From a virus: 64,000 nt of DNA. Location of the stretch: the IMG/VR virus record IMGVR_UViG_3300045988_167206, positions 64,001-128,000 of that record, one strand, 5' to 3'. The notes beneath the pieces are model-generated. The model was not told where the DNA came from and did not search any database. It was given only the letters and a program-made list of their open reading frames with translations. Below, one piece after another: positions 40,958 to 50,314 of the stretch; within the stretch, counting starts at the first letter, position 1, and each line of letters starts with the position of its first letter. The position numbers were made by a program, and so were the translations under genes.

Positions 40958-40971
40958 ATTAATCACCTACT

Positions 40972-41526
40972 TTATATATTTTGTAAAATTAAATCTCTAA
41001 AAAGATTCGCACACATTTCTTTATAATCAGATCCTTCTAAATATGCATCCACTCTAGGATCCACCATTTCAATTACAGATTGAGTTTTTATAGCAGGACT
41101 ACCCCATTTTGTATAAGCACTTATACCTGAGTTTGGTGTCGGCCATCTATATAAAAAAGATCCAGGAGAAGGATGCCCTGGACCACCGTTAGCTCCACCA
41201 TGATATCCTTCTGCAAAAAACATATGATCAAAAATATATTCGGGCGAAACACGATGTGTATCATCAATTAATGAAGCATCGGAATGCAATAGAATAAATT
41301 CACCGGACGCTTTTATTTTGTATGCATTCGCCATAGACCATGTACGAGAATAATATTTCGGTGAATATGAAGTATAATAAGCTTTTATGCACTCATCAAA
41401 AATATTTTTAAATTCATTTGCTACTATAGGAGCAACTTGTTCAGCAACTTGTTTTTCGAATTTTGGAATATCATTTTTAATTTTTCTTAAAGCTTTGATA
41501 ATTGCTTCAATTGAATATGCTCCCAT
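40972..41526 (-). CDS. hypothetical protein upstream of TMP (184 aa)
   Basis: ORF whose stop lies 5 nt upstream of the track TMP start (GTG at 40966). No motif recognised. Confidence 0.45.
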   Translation of the reverse strand: MGAYSIEAIIKALRKIKNDIPKFEKQVAEQVAPIVANEFKNIFDECIKAYYTSYSPKYYSRTWSMANAYKIKASGEFILLHSDASLIDDTHRVSPEYIFDHMFFAEGYHGGANGGPGHPSPGSFLYRWPTPNSGISAYTKWGSPAIKTQSVIEMVDPRVDAYLEGSDYKEMCANLFRDLILQNI

Positions 41527-41590
41527 ATAGCACCTCCATAAATTTTATTTATTCTTCATTTTCTTTTACATATTTTAGTAATTCTTGGAT

Positions 41591-42112
41591 TCATTCATTT
41601 GCAAATGCGCCAATAGTACTAGCGAATGCATTTACATATTTGGAAATGTAAGCATCTGTTGTTTTATTTTCTTCCATATAATTATCAATAAGCAAACCAT
41701 TAATACCTAAAAGCTCATCAAGCTCACTTTTTCCAATGATTTCCCAAATCATATTCATAATATTTCTCTGACGTAACATATCATAATCATCAAAAGCAGT
41801 GGTTTCGCTCGGATCTGTTTTTGTAACATTGATTTTTGTATATAAGATAAGAGTAGTAGTAACCATATTCACTTTAGAAAGAAAATAATCAATATGTGCT
41901 ACGCCAGTTGGAGATTCTACAATTGATTTTTCTAACATTGTCTGAAGCACGATTTTCTTTTCAAGAACAGGACAATAATTTCGGGTAATAATACCTTTAA
42001 GCATTTGTCTTTTTGCATCTTCTGTTTTTGCCATATCAAATCTACGACAAAATTCTTTTACGTCAATTTTTCTTTCTACATCATTTTTCTTCTCGGCTTT
42101 ATTTTCGCTCAT
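41591..42112 (-). CDS. putative tail assembly chaperone (173 aa)
   Basis: The call rests on position (upstream of TMP), size and acidic/helical composition. No slippery-site frameshift partner was found. Confidence 0.35.
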   Translation of the reverse strand: MSENKAEKKNDVERKIDVKEFCRRFDMAKTEDAKRQMLKGIITRNYCPVLEKKIVLQTMLEKSIVESPTGVAHIDYFLSKVNMVTTTLILYTKINVTKTDPSETTAFDDYDMLRQRNIMNMIWEIIGKSELDELLGINGLLIDNYMEENKTTDAYISKYVNAFASTIGAFANE

Positions 42113-42126
42113 AACAAAATCTCCTT

Positions 42127-42693
42127 TTATTCCTTATATTTAGAGCAAATCATATCAGCAATCTCTTCTTGTACGCGACCTTCTTTAGCTTTATGTAGAA
42201 GAGAGCAGTTTCGTTTATATCTTTTACATGATTTGCATTTATCTTCAAATTCATTTAGATCTTTCTGGCTGTCAAAGATGCCAGTAAAATCAGTCTTATA
42301 AATCGTATATTCAATTCTTGGATTTTCTGAATCGTATAATACTTTAATTACACGTTCACAAGCCATATTATCATCAACCCAGATAACACCGGAATCAGTA
42401 ATAGCATCAAATGCCACTTTCCAATAATTATTTGTATCCATATCAATTCTTGGAAAATAAAAAACAGCATCTACATAATAGTGCTGCATAGGATCCGGAT
42501 CAGTTATCCAGTTTTGTTCAATTGCCTGTTGTTTAACATATTCAATAAATTCTTTTTGGAACTTTTTTGCTTCAGCAGTCTTATAACTCATTGCCATAGC
42601 GCGCCCGTTTTTTGTGACGGTGCGATATGCTAGATAATGGTTCACTGAAACAAAATTTGTGACGGTTAATTTTAATGTCTGAGTATTACACAT
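42127..42693 (-). CDS. rusA: RusA-like Holliday-junction resolvase (188 aa from the preferred start)
   Basis: VSVNHYLAYR...TAEAKKFQKEF...FYFPRIDMDTNNYWKVAFDAITDSGVIWVDDNMACE fits the RusA pattern (D.DN..K...D.L...gv..DD). There is an extra Cys-rich C-terminal tail. The preferred ATG is at 42693. Confidence 0.65.
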   Translation of the reverse strand: MCNTQTLKLTVTNFVSVNHYLAYRTVTKNGRAMAMSYKTAEAKKFQKEFIEYVKQQAIEQNWITDPDPMQHYYVDAVFYFPRIDMDTNNYWKVAFDAITDSGVIWVDDNMACERVIKVLYDSENPRIEYTIYKTDFTGIFDSQKDLNEFEDKCKSCKRYKRNCSLLHKAKEGRVQEEIADMICSKYKE

Positions 42694-43081
42694 AAAAATT
42701 ACCTTTAAGGGTAAAAGATATTTCAGTAGGACAATCAAAAGCATTTTCTATCCTAAAACTATCAATTGATGCATTTGCATTATATTTTAATATTGTTGTT
42801 TCTGAAATGTTATTTAAATTACAAAGTTCTTTGGTACAATCGTAAACAAGTAATACTTCTTTAATTAATATCCTGGTATCAAAATACTTTTTTAATATTG
42901 GATAAAATTTATACGATCGGATAGAAATATAACTTGTGTCATTATCATTTAAATCTAAATCACTAGAAATAATCACATCAATTTTATAAACTTTTTCATC
43001 GATAAATTTAATATGTAATTCTTTTAAATTTGATATATACCATCCATCAATAATTTCGTTTTCCATATAATCATTCTCCAT
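42686..43081 (-). CDS. hypothetical protein (131 aa)
   Basis: ORF whose stop overlaps the rusA start by 8 nt. No motif recognised. Confidence 0.45.
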   Translation of the reverse strand: MENDYMENEIIDGWYISNLKELHIKFIDEKVYKIDVIISSDLDLNDNDTSYISIRSYKFYPILKKYFDTRILIKEVLLVYDCTKELCNLNNISETTILKYNANASIDSFRIENAFDCPTEISFTLKGNFYV

Positions 43082-43094
43082 TTATTCCTTATAT

Positions 43095-43361
43095 TTATAA
43101 TGTTTTCACTAGCTCATAACTGATAACCAGCGGAATGATTACTAACTCAGATCCAGTATCACCGGTGTCCTGAATGTAATTATTGAGCATTATTCTGGCT
43201 ATTTTACTTGAATGAGCCTTCGTAGCATCAGTTACATCTGTAGTGAACGAATATTCAATTTTCTGTAATTTCTTTTTTAAGTACATAGGCTTACCTGAAA
43301 CAGCAGTGCCTAATACATATTTTAATTCTTGTTTTTCTAATATTTTTTCAATGTTATCCAT
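43095..43361 (-). CDS. hypothetical protein (88 aa)
   Basis: ORF in tight operon spacing. No motif recognised. Confidence 0.4.
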   Translation of the reverse strand: MDNIEKILEKQELKYVLGTAVSGKPMYLKKKLQKIEYSFTTDVTDATKAHSSKIARIMLNNYIQDTGDTGSELVIIPLVISYELVKTL

Positions 43362-43364
43362 AAC

Positions 43365-43601
43365 TTACTCCAATGTATGCTCAAGCCATTTTTGATAAAG
43401 ATCCTGAGTTTCTTCTTTAAGAAAAATATTTACAATAATATCTTTTCCATCCTTATCAACACTAGAATAGATGTCAATAGGATATACATTATGTTTGATA
43501 TATAAATCTCTTTGCTTTGGATTTACAATTCTGATTATTTCATCGATCGTATACGGACGATATTTTAAATTCGGGTTTATAATATCTTTGTTTTTATTCA
43601 T
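43365..43601 (-). CDS. hypothetical protein (78 aa)
   Basis: ORF in tight operon spacing. No motif recognised. Confidence 0.4.
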   Translation of the reverse strand: MNKNKDIINPNLKYRPYTIDEIIRIVNPKQRDLYIKHNVYPIDIYSSVDKDGKDIIVNIFLKEETQDLYQKWLEHTLE

Positions 43602-43704
43602 ATTCCTTATTCTCCAGAGTGAAAAAAGGGATACAACTCGAATGGTTTATTCCTTTCTGAGTTATACCCCTTTAATAAAAATCACCATTCAAAATTCAAA
43701 TTAA

Positions 43705-44163
43705 TTATTTTTTTTTACCTATATATTTCATACATTTTGGCTGCTTAATAGCAGTATTCATCACCGGATCAGAAACTTTATTTTCAACGTCTGGATCTGA
43801 TGTTGTATCGTTAACAACTGATTCAGCTAACTTGATTATATCCTCTGACACAGGAGTAACTGTTACAACTGAATCAATCATATCAAGATTGGAAGTTTCT
43901 TCTGACATGATAGTATTAATGCAGGCTTGATTGAATTCACTGTATGTATCTGTTTTGGTTAAATCACATTTTTCAAGAAGTTCTTTAGCTTCTTTTTTAG
44001 TTTTATGTTTCATATTATAACTAGATAATGTATAAAAAATATCTTTGCAATTTTCGCTGCAATAACATGCCATCCAACGAGGCAAGTGATCGAATTCAGC
44101 GCAGCCACTGCAATAAGAATATTTCTTTCCACATAAAATACATGTTTTATTGTCTCTTACCAT
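43705..44163 (-). CDS. Cys-rich zinc-finger protein (152 aa from the preferred start)
   Basis: ATG at 44163 follows AAAGGAGG. The N-terminus CILCGKKYSYCSGCAEF...CYCSENC has 8 Cys. Confidence 0.5.
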   Translation of the reverse strand: MVRDNKTCILCGKKYSYCSGCAEFDHLPRWMACYCSENCKDIFYTLSSYNMKHKTKKEAKELLEKCDLTKTDTYSEFNQACINTIMSEETSNLDMIDSVVTVTPVSEDIIKLAESVVNDTTSDPDVENKVSDPVMNTAIKQPKCMKYIGKKK

Positions 44164-44251
44164 ATTTGCCTCCTTTAATTTGATGGTAATAAAATCAGTC
44201 GGTACGATTTGACTCGTACCGACCATAAAATAAATTATTTAATAAGAAAGA

Positions 44252-45058
44252 TTATTCATCTTCCTCATCATCTTCTGCATAATAAATTTCATACAGAGTT
44301 TTCTCAGCAGAGCAGTAGTCCATCTGCATAGATCCAGAATACTGAAGCTGTCCATCTGTTGTTAAAGAGATTTCGATTTCCGGAGAAACCTGGAATGACG
44401 GAATCACAATATATGCTGCACGAAGTACGTCAACTTCACATGGGTCTACAACAAGTGCTTTAAGAGTAAGTTTAACAGTTGATGGGAATTTATCTCCTCT
44501 GTTAACAATTCTAGCACCTGTGTCAGCTTTTACTTTTCTTTCAAATTTGATAATAAAATTACCATCTTCAACTGTAGGAAGCGTAACAACACCTTCTGAA
44601 TATGAAAATGTGCTCTCTTTTGCAGCTGTGTCTTTAGTATAATTAGTACCTTTTGTACCATTTGTACTAAATGCACTTACTTTGATGGAATCAGCATCGA
44701 TATCTGCTGTTTCGCCAAGCTTAACAGTAGCATTTTTTTCTGTGTTCTGAGAAGCAGTAATAATTTTTGGCATATAGAGGTTGCCATCTGCACTTGTAAC
44801 AGATCCCTCACCAGCAGCTGCTGCTGCGATATTAAGATTGATCATTGCGTTATTTGCAGTAAGCTCTCCAGATTTTGCTTTCCAGAAACGTTTGATTAGA
44901 GTACCCTGATTGTCAACCGCATCTGTAGAATCAGCTGTGATGTTTACAGAAACATCCTGAAGCTGTGTCAAAACATATAATGGAGTTCCACTTTTCTTTT
45001 CTTCAGCGAATGCATACTGTACTCTATCAACAATAATGTCACCTAAATTAAATCCCAT
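44252..45058 (-). CDS. major tail protein candidate (268 aa)
   Basis: Lies between the connector genes and the TMP. It is beta-rich with an acidic C-terminal tail (AEDDEEDE). The N-terminal pattern LTQLQDVSVNITADSTDAVDNQGTLIK...ELTANNAM resembles siphophage tube proteins. No sheath gene was seen. Confidence 0.55.
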   Translation of the reverse strand: MGFNLGDIIVDRVQYAFAEEKKSGTPLYVLTQLQDVSVNITADSTDAVDNQGTLIKRFWKAKSGELTANNAMINLNIAAAAAGEGSVTSADGNLYMPKIITASQNTEKNATVKLGETADIDADSIKVSAFSTNGTKGTNYTKDTAAKESTFSYSEGVVTLPTVEDGNFIIKFERKVKADTGARIVNRGDKFPSTVKLTLKALVVDPCEVDVLRAAYIVIPSFQVSPEIEISLTTDGQLQYSGSMQMDYCSAEKTLYEIYYAEDDEEDE

Positions 45059-45112
45059 TATGATTTTCCTCCTTTAGAATTTTTAGAAATGTGTTAGAAA
45101 TGTATAAAAAGA

Positions 45113-45886
45113 CTAATTCTTATGAGATAGATCTCTCATGAAATTAAAGTCATCTTTATTAATTTTGGATGCGTCAATAAATCCGCTATAGATACCTTTA
45201 AGTAAGGCAGTAGAAGATTCATAAATTTGAAGTCTTTGTACACTGTCCATAAATTCGACAATGCCAACTTCTTTTAATTCATTTTTTTTATACTTAAAAC
45301 CGGGATGATTTAAACACGAAGAAATGAGTGGTAGAAGAGTAGACTTGTATTTATCATTTTTATGGAGTTCATAATTTTGACGATCTTCCCAGATTATAGA
45401 TTTTTTTGTCGCCTTACCTTTGGCTTTCTCAGTTTTTGGGAATATATTGAACATAGTTTTAAGATATAATGCCAGGGCTTGATAAGTAGATTCATCAATT
45501 AGATAATCCTGATCATTATTATATAGAAAGAAGTACGGATCACCGTCTTCAGTTTTATCTTGATATAATTTAAATAATTGGAAATCCAAATCACCGAATA
45601 GCAATTTGGTTGAGTCTTGAGTTAACGTTGGAGCTAACATGCAGAATAGATTAAAATCAGAAAGTTTATTCCAGTCAATACCCATATTCCATAATTGTAA
45701 TCTGTACATAGTTGGATTAGCAATTAAGGTATTCAGTCCAGAATATACTTTTTTTTCACCTTCATGAATAATGTCACCTATAGTGGGCTGAAAAATAGTA
45801 ATATCATTTGCAGATTCAGAAGGAATACTGAATGGTTCTCCAAAATATAATTGAAGAGCATCAACTTCAAACTCTGAAGTTGTCAT
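45113..45886 (-). CDS. hypothetical head-tail joining/tail-completion candidate (257 aa from the preferred start)
   Basis: The preferred ATG is at 45886, after GGAAGGA. The call is based on position only. Confidence 0.4.
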   Translation of the reverse strand: MTTSEFEVDALQLYFGEPFSIPSESANDITIFQPTIGDIIHEGEKKVYSGLNTLIANPTMYRLQLWNMGIDWNKLSDFNLFCMLAPTLTQDSTKLLFGDLDFQLFKLYQDKTEDGDPYFFLYNNDQDYLIDESTYQALALYLKTMFNIFPKTEKAKGKATKKSIIWEDRQNYELHKNDKYKSTLLPLISSCLNHPGFKYKKNELKEVGIVEFMDSVQRLQIYESSTALLKGIYSGFIDASKINKDDFNFMRDLSHKN

Positions 45887-46475
45887 ATTTATTATTCCTT
45901 CCTGCATAAATACCATTTGGACATTCAATCTTAAATTTTAAAGTCCTGCAATAATAACGAGTGTCAACAATATCTCCAAAATCAGCGATACATTTAAGCT
46001 GCTTGCCAAAAGCATTGGTCCAACATAAAAGATCTTTTACGATATAACTTAATAAATCAGTTCTCATAATTTCATATTCTGTTTCTACATCGTCTTCATG
46101 CACCAGACACATAACTTCGATGATCTGATTTTTAATAGATTCATTTACGTATGATACGCTATCATCATTGATATCAAACATGATAAAATTTAAAACTTCC
46201 TTATTAATACCGTTTAACTTTAGCATAGGGATAATTTGTTTTTTATCAACTCGTTTATTGTATTCTAAAATAAGATTTCGTTCCTCCAGCTCTTGCTCTG
46301 TAGGATGTTCTTTATCCGCAAATTTATTTAAAGGCCGTTTATCCTTTTTCCCTAGTATTTCGTTTAAATCAGGATCTGCCTCAAAGATTTCTTGGAGTTT
46401 ATTTTTTTTATAAATAATATCATTATTCTTTTTATCCTCAAGATCTCTTTTTATATTAAAAATATCTCTAATCAT
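45867..46475 (-). CDS. hypothetical structural-module protein (202 aa from the preferred start)
   Basis: The preferred start is MIRDIF at 46475, with GGAGGTG upstream. It overlaps the stop of the preceding gene. Confidence 0.4.
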   Translation of the reverse strand: MIRDIFNIKRDLEDKKNNDIIYKKNKLQEIFEADPDLNEILGKKDKRPLNKFADKEHPTEQELEERNLILEYNKRVDKKQIIPMLKLNGINKEVLNFIMFDINDDSVSYVNESIKNQIIEVMCLVHEDDVETEYEIMRTDLLSYIVKDLLCWTNAFGKQLKCIADFGDIVDTRYYCRTLKFKIECPNGIYAGRNNKYDNFRV

Positions 46476-47682
46476 CGTCAACCACCTCCAGTACAATTGA
46501 TGACATATTATCACCATTATTATCTGTAGCAGAAAGAGTAAATCGTTTTCCAATTAAGCTCTTTGCTTTCCCTGGCTTAATCGATATAGACACATTATCT
46601 AACACAGTCATTTTCATTAACTTATTATAATAGGAAGTTTCTCTTTCAGAATACTCATTATTTTCATCAATAATATGTAAATTCCATTCAGATGTCATAT
46701 CCGAATAAGGGAGAGTGTACTCAAAATAAGAATTCTTTCCTATATATAATACTTGTCGTGATCTATCAATTAAAGGTTCTAATTCGCCATCATCATTTAA
46801 TGTCATCCACTGAATATGTGAATTTGTCTTCATCATTTGAGGATGCTGAATAGTTTCTGTTTTTTGATCTCCGGATTCTGTGTAATAATCACAGATACGT
46901 AGCTGAATGTTATCTGTTTTATTATTTAGCTCATCCTGTTTAATGGATAGTTTAATAATTCCAGATGGGTTTAAATCGATTATTTTTGTTACCTGATATA
47001 CTTTCGGATCAAAAATATTATTTGTAAGCATAAAACGTTGTTCATGCATAATAGTTCTGGTATCTCCTAATTTTAAGGTATACATATCATTTCCGTATGC
47101 GTAATATAGATCAGGCACCCAAGCAGCAGTCAAATTATCAAGCGAAGAACTTAATTCATCGGTCCACTTACCAGAAGTGTAGGAATTTGCTGATCTATTC
47201 GCACCCCAACAGGAATATAATTCATTTTTATAAATCCATTGAAATTTCCAATTACATTTTAAAATATTATATCTAACATAAGCGGCAGCGTCATCTCTAC
47301 CAACAATGAACCATAATTGTGTTATTCGTTCATTTGGAAGAGAGAATGGATTATCAAGTTCGTGCCCGGATATATTAATATCAAAGTCAGTATCATCAGG
47401 AACAAACACATAGCTTCCAATTGGATAATGAACTTTAGGCCGAAATTGTAAATAATAATCCACTGCGTCTTTAAGAATAGATAGTTTGGAATGACGTTGA
47501 TATTTAGCATCTTCCCATTTCCATCCATCGCGAGTTAATATGTAAACTCTTTTATATTGTGCATCAGCAGTAAAAGTAGAATTTATTATCATATCAGATT
47601 GAGTTCTTTTTATTTGTGCTAAATTACCGCCTTGTGATGCCAAGTGACTTTTATACATATCAGCAGTAATCATTAAACTCAA
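46468..47682 (-). CDS. hypothetical structural protein (404 aa)
   Basis: Long ORF with a 4-nt overlap with the upstream gene. No motif recognised. Confidence 0.5.
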   Translation of the reverse strand: MSLMITADMYKSHLASQGGNLAQIKRTQSDMIINSTFTADAQYKRVYILTRDGWKWEDAKYQRHSKLSILKDAVDYYLQFRPKVHYPIGSYVFVPDDTDFDINISGHELDNPFSLPNERITQLWFIVGRDDAAAYVRYNILKCNWKFQWIYKNELYSCWGANRSANSYTSGKWTDELSSSLDNLTAAWVPDLYYAYGNDMYTLKLGDTRTIMHEQRFMLTNNIFDPKVYQVTKIIDLNPSGIIKLSIKQDELNNKTDNIQLRICDYYTESGDQKTETIQHPQMMKTNSHIQWMTLNDDGELEPLIDRSRQVLYIGKNSYFEYTLPYSDMTSEWNLHIIDENNEYSERETSYYNKLMKMTVLDNVSISIKPGKAKSLIGKRFTLSATDNNGDNMSSIVLEVVDDD

Positions 47683-48011
47683 CTCCTTGAATTGATTTTA
47701 TCTACTTCATGATGAGCGTCTAATATTAATTTTCTGTATGATTGATAGTCAAAATCCTCGTCTTGATGAGCTTCATCCCAGGCCGCTTGTAATAGGCTCA
47801 TAATAGTAATGATTTCAACAGGATAATCAAGTATTTTATTAAGACCATCAATACGTAACATCAAATTAATAAAATATTTGTCAAAGTCAACATTAAATTC
47901 ATCTTTTGTTTTTGGGTCTTTATATAAGAGCAACCAAAACAAATCTTTGTGCAATTTTACTTTATAGTCTTCGAATTGTTTGTCATCAAAATGTCCATAT
48001 ATTGTTTTCAT
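47679..48011 (-). CDS. hypothetical head-tail connector candidate (110 aa)
   Basis: Size and position downstream of the capsid gene, with overlapping start/stop. Confidence 0.4.
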   Translation of the reverse strand: MKTIYGHFDDKQFEDYKVKLHKDLFWLLLYKDPKTKDEFNVDFDKYFINLMLRIDGLNKILDYPVEIITIMSLLQAAWDEAHQDEDFDYQSYRKLILDAHHEVDKINSRS

Positions 48012-48475
48012 TATGATTCACCATCCAAATAACTATTCCAAATATAACCTCTGTCTCTTATAAGGTTTCGCTGTTCTCTGACAAGACTATCTCTTAAGTC
48101 TTTTAATGTGCTTAGATGAGCAGCCTGTGAAAAGAATTTTTCTTCAGATGATCCAAAAATCTGTGATATATTATTCAGATTATTAATTTTAGGAGTGATC
48201 CATTCAATGACCAATCCAATGCCAACTACATCAGTAATTAGTTCTTTATCAAAATCATCATCTACTGAATATTTCATAGTGTAATCAAATTGCTGAATTT
48301 CATCATGAAATTTGGTACTGGTAAATAATCTGTAAATATACGGTTTATGAATAGCCGAATGCATCCAATCGCACAAAAATACATTCAGATCGTCATCTCT
48401 TAAGTCTAAAAGATCATATGCAGAGGCTTTTAAACGAAACTTAGAATAAATTTCTTCATAATTTAATGAAGGCAT
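48011..48475 (-). CDS. head-tail adaptor candidate (154 aa)
   Basis: The call rests on position. The N-terminal LNYEEIYSKFRLKASAYDLLDL..DDL resembles gp6-type connector openings. Weak. Confidence 0.4.
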   Translation of the reverse strand: MPSLNYEEIYSKFRLKASAYDLLDLRDDDLNVFLCDWMHSAIHKPYIYRLFTSTKFHDEIQQFDYTMKYSVDDDFDKELITDVVGIGLVIEWITPKINNLNNISQIFGSSEEKFFSQAAHLSTLKDLRDSLVREQRNLIRDRGYIWNSYLDGES

Positions 48476-48493
48476 AAAACACCTCCAAACAAA

Positions 48494-49066
48494 TTAATTA
48501 AACAATCCAGTCATAACAGTCATGTCTGTATCAAAGATTTCATCAAGAATTTTGATTTTCTTGACACTATCAAGTCTTCCATCGCTTACCATTTTTGAGG
48601 CGAGATGACTAATAGAAGTCTGAGCACCTTCAGGAAGTGAGAGAATAGTAGCTTTCATACTTGCTGGATCAAGATCAAGAATTACATCTTCAAGCTCACC
48701 AACAGAATAAAGAGATTCATAAAGCTTTTTAATCTGTGGATAGTGTTCAATCATCTCAGAATCTTCAATTACAAAAAGAGGACGCATAATATATCCATTG
48801 TGAGAACGAATAGCAGCAAGTAAATCCTGATACTCAACTTCAACAACATCACCGGCATCAACCCATTCGTAAAGAATGCTTGATTTAAGACCTGACATAT
48901 AAAGTCCACCCTGTGTAATGGATTTACATGGAATTCCATCAGTAGGAGAGTAAACCTTCTCAACTTTCTTTTCTTCTTTAATGCTTTCTTTTTCTACAGT
49001 AACATTATCTGTATTAACTGGTTCTGTTTTGGTATTTACATTTTTGGTTTTCATAGCGGTAGCCAT
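48494..49066 (-). CDS. hypothetical head-associated protein (190 aa)
   Basis: First ORF after the capsid gene. No motif recognised. Confidence 0.45.
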   Translation of the reverse strand: MATAMKTKNVNTKTEPVNTDNVTVEKESIKEEKKVEKVYSPTDGIPCKSITQGGLYMSGLKSSILYEWVDAGDVVEVEYQDLLAAIRSHNGYIMRPLFVIEDSEMIEHYPQIKKLYESLYSVGELEDVILDLDPASMKATILSLPEGAQTSISHLASKMVSDGRLDSVKKIKILDEIFDTDMTVMTGLFN

Positions 49067-49085
49067 TTTATTTTCTCCTTTTATT

Positions 49086-49117
49086 CAAATGCGGTATACC
49101 AATAAAGATATACCGCA
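49086..49117 (-). terminator. attenuator-like hairpin after the capsid gene
   Basis: 9-bp stem TGCGGTATA/TATACCGCA (49090-49098 / 49109-49117). Only TTT follows on minus. Confidence 0.45.
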
Positions 49118-49159
49118 TATTCTATATAAGTTAATCAAAACTAACTAAATGGCCTAAAA

Positions 49160-50296
49160 TTAGGCGATTGTCCATTCTCCGAAGTAGCGTCCAAGCTGAC
49201 ATCCAACACCCATAGCTCTCTGTACTTCGTATTTCATCGTATCATCCATACGTGCAGCTTTCTCTGTTACTTCAGTAATTTCTGTTTCACCAACATCAAC
49301 AAATTTGATAAATTTATCTTCAACCTGTGGCATGAAGAATAATTTCTTTGGATCCAGAAGTTTCTTTGAAGTATCGTTCAGAGCGAATCTCTGAGGAAGT
49401 TCAAATAAAGTATACGGTCCATAATAACCAAGTCTTCCCATTGTAGCCATATCTCTTTTCTGATCATCTGAAATCCAATTAATATCAATCAGATTAGAGA
49501 ACTGCTGAAGACCTGTTCTGGTTCCCATAATTACAACCTGTGCTCCATCATTAGCCATAGATACATCTTCAAGAAGAGTATCAATTTTATCTTTCATATC
49601 TTTAGTGATAGCACCTGTTCCACGGAACTGAGCCGGGAGTTTCTTTCCAGCATTCATCATTTCAGCAAAAATATCATTCTGAATTTTTCTTACGAAAGCA
49701 GCGGCGCACTGATCGGTAAGTTTTGCCCAATCATATCTTCCTGCAAGATATAAATCAATATCAGCACCAACAGCAATACCATAAACAGATGTGGTTACTG
49801 TATAGCTTTCTCCAGAACCAAGTCTCTGGAGTGTAAAATCATGATGATCACCCGAAATTTTAGTAACTGACAGGATAACTTTATCATCTGTCCAGAATTC
49901 CTGAGAATCACCACGAGCAAGGTTTCTCTGTTCTACGTAATTATTAAAGAATTCAGATTCTTTAAAACCTGTCTCAACCTTAATATCAATTTCTTCTTCC
50001 ATAACTTCAAACAGTTCCATACCATGTCTCTTCATAGCACGATCTCTTTGACGTTTAGTAGATTTTTCATCTAATCCCATAATAGCAAATACAAATTTAC
50101 GAACTGCATTTTCAGCATCTTTCTTAGGAATTCTATTTCCTTCTTCATCAAAAATCTCATTCGGATTATGATTTAACTCATATGTAAGTCTTTTGAATCC
50201 TTCAAAATTTTCCTCTGGTGTTACACCATCTTCGCATAAATCTGTAAATACTTTCTTTGTATGTTCACTTAAATCATTAAAACAAATTTTATTCAT
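49160..50296 (-). CDS. major capsid protein candidate (378 aa)
   Basis: Size and position (portal, then protease/scaffold, then a small protein, then this gene). It is followed by a stem-loop. The family was not identified by eye. Confidence 0.6.
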   Translation of the reverse strand: MNKICFNDLSEHTKKVFTDLCEDGVTPEENFEGFKRLTYELNHNPNEIFDEEGNRIPKKDAENAVRKFVFAIMGLDEKSTKRQRDRAMKRHGMELFEVMEEEIDIKVETGFKESEFFNNYVEQRNLARGDSQEFWTDDKVILSVTKISGDHHDFTLQRLGSGESYTVTTSVYGIAVGADIDLYLAGRYDWAKLTDQCAAAFVRKIQNDIFAEMMNAGKKLPAQFRGTGAITKDMKDKIDTLLEDVSMANDGAQVVIMGTRTGLQQFSNLIDINWISDDQKRDMATMGRLGYYGPYTLFELPQRFALNDTSKKLLDPKKLFFMPQVEDKFIKFVDVGETEITEVTEKAARMDDTMKYEVQRAMGVGCQLGRYFGEWTIA

Positions 50297-50314
50297 TATT
50301 TATTCACCCCTTCC

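Noticed and set aside
41527-42112. A programmed -1 frameshift producing a G/GT-type chaperone pair upstream of the TMP.
   Set aside because: The two candidate ORFs are separated by a 64-nt non-coding gap rather than overlapping. No slippery heptamer was found at the end of the 173-aa ORF.
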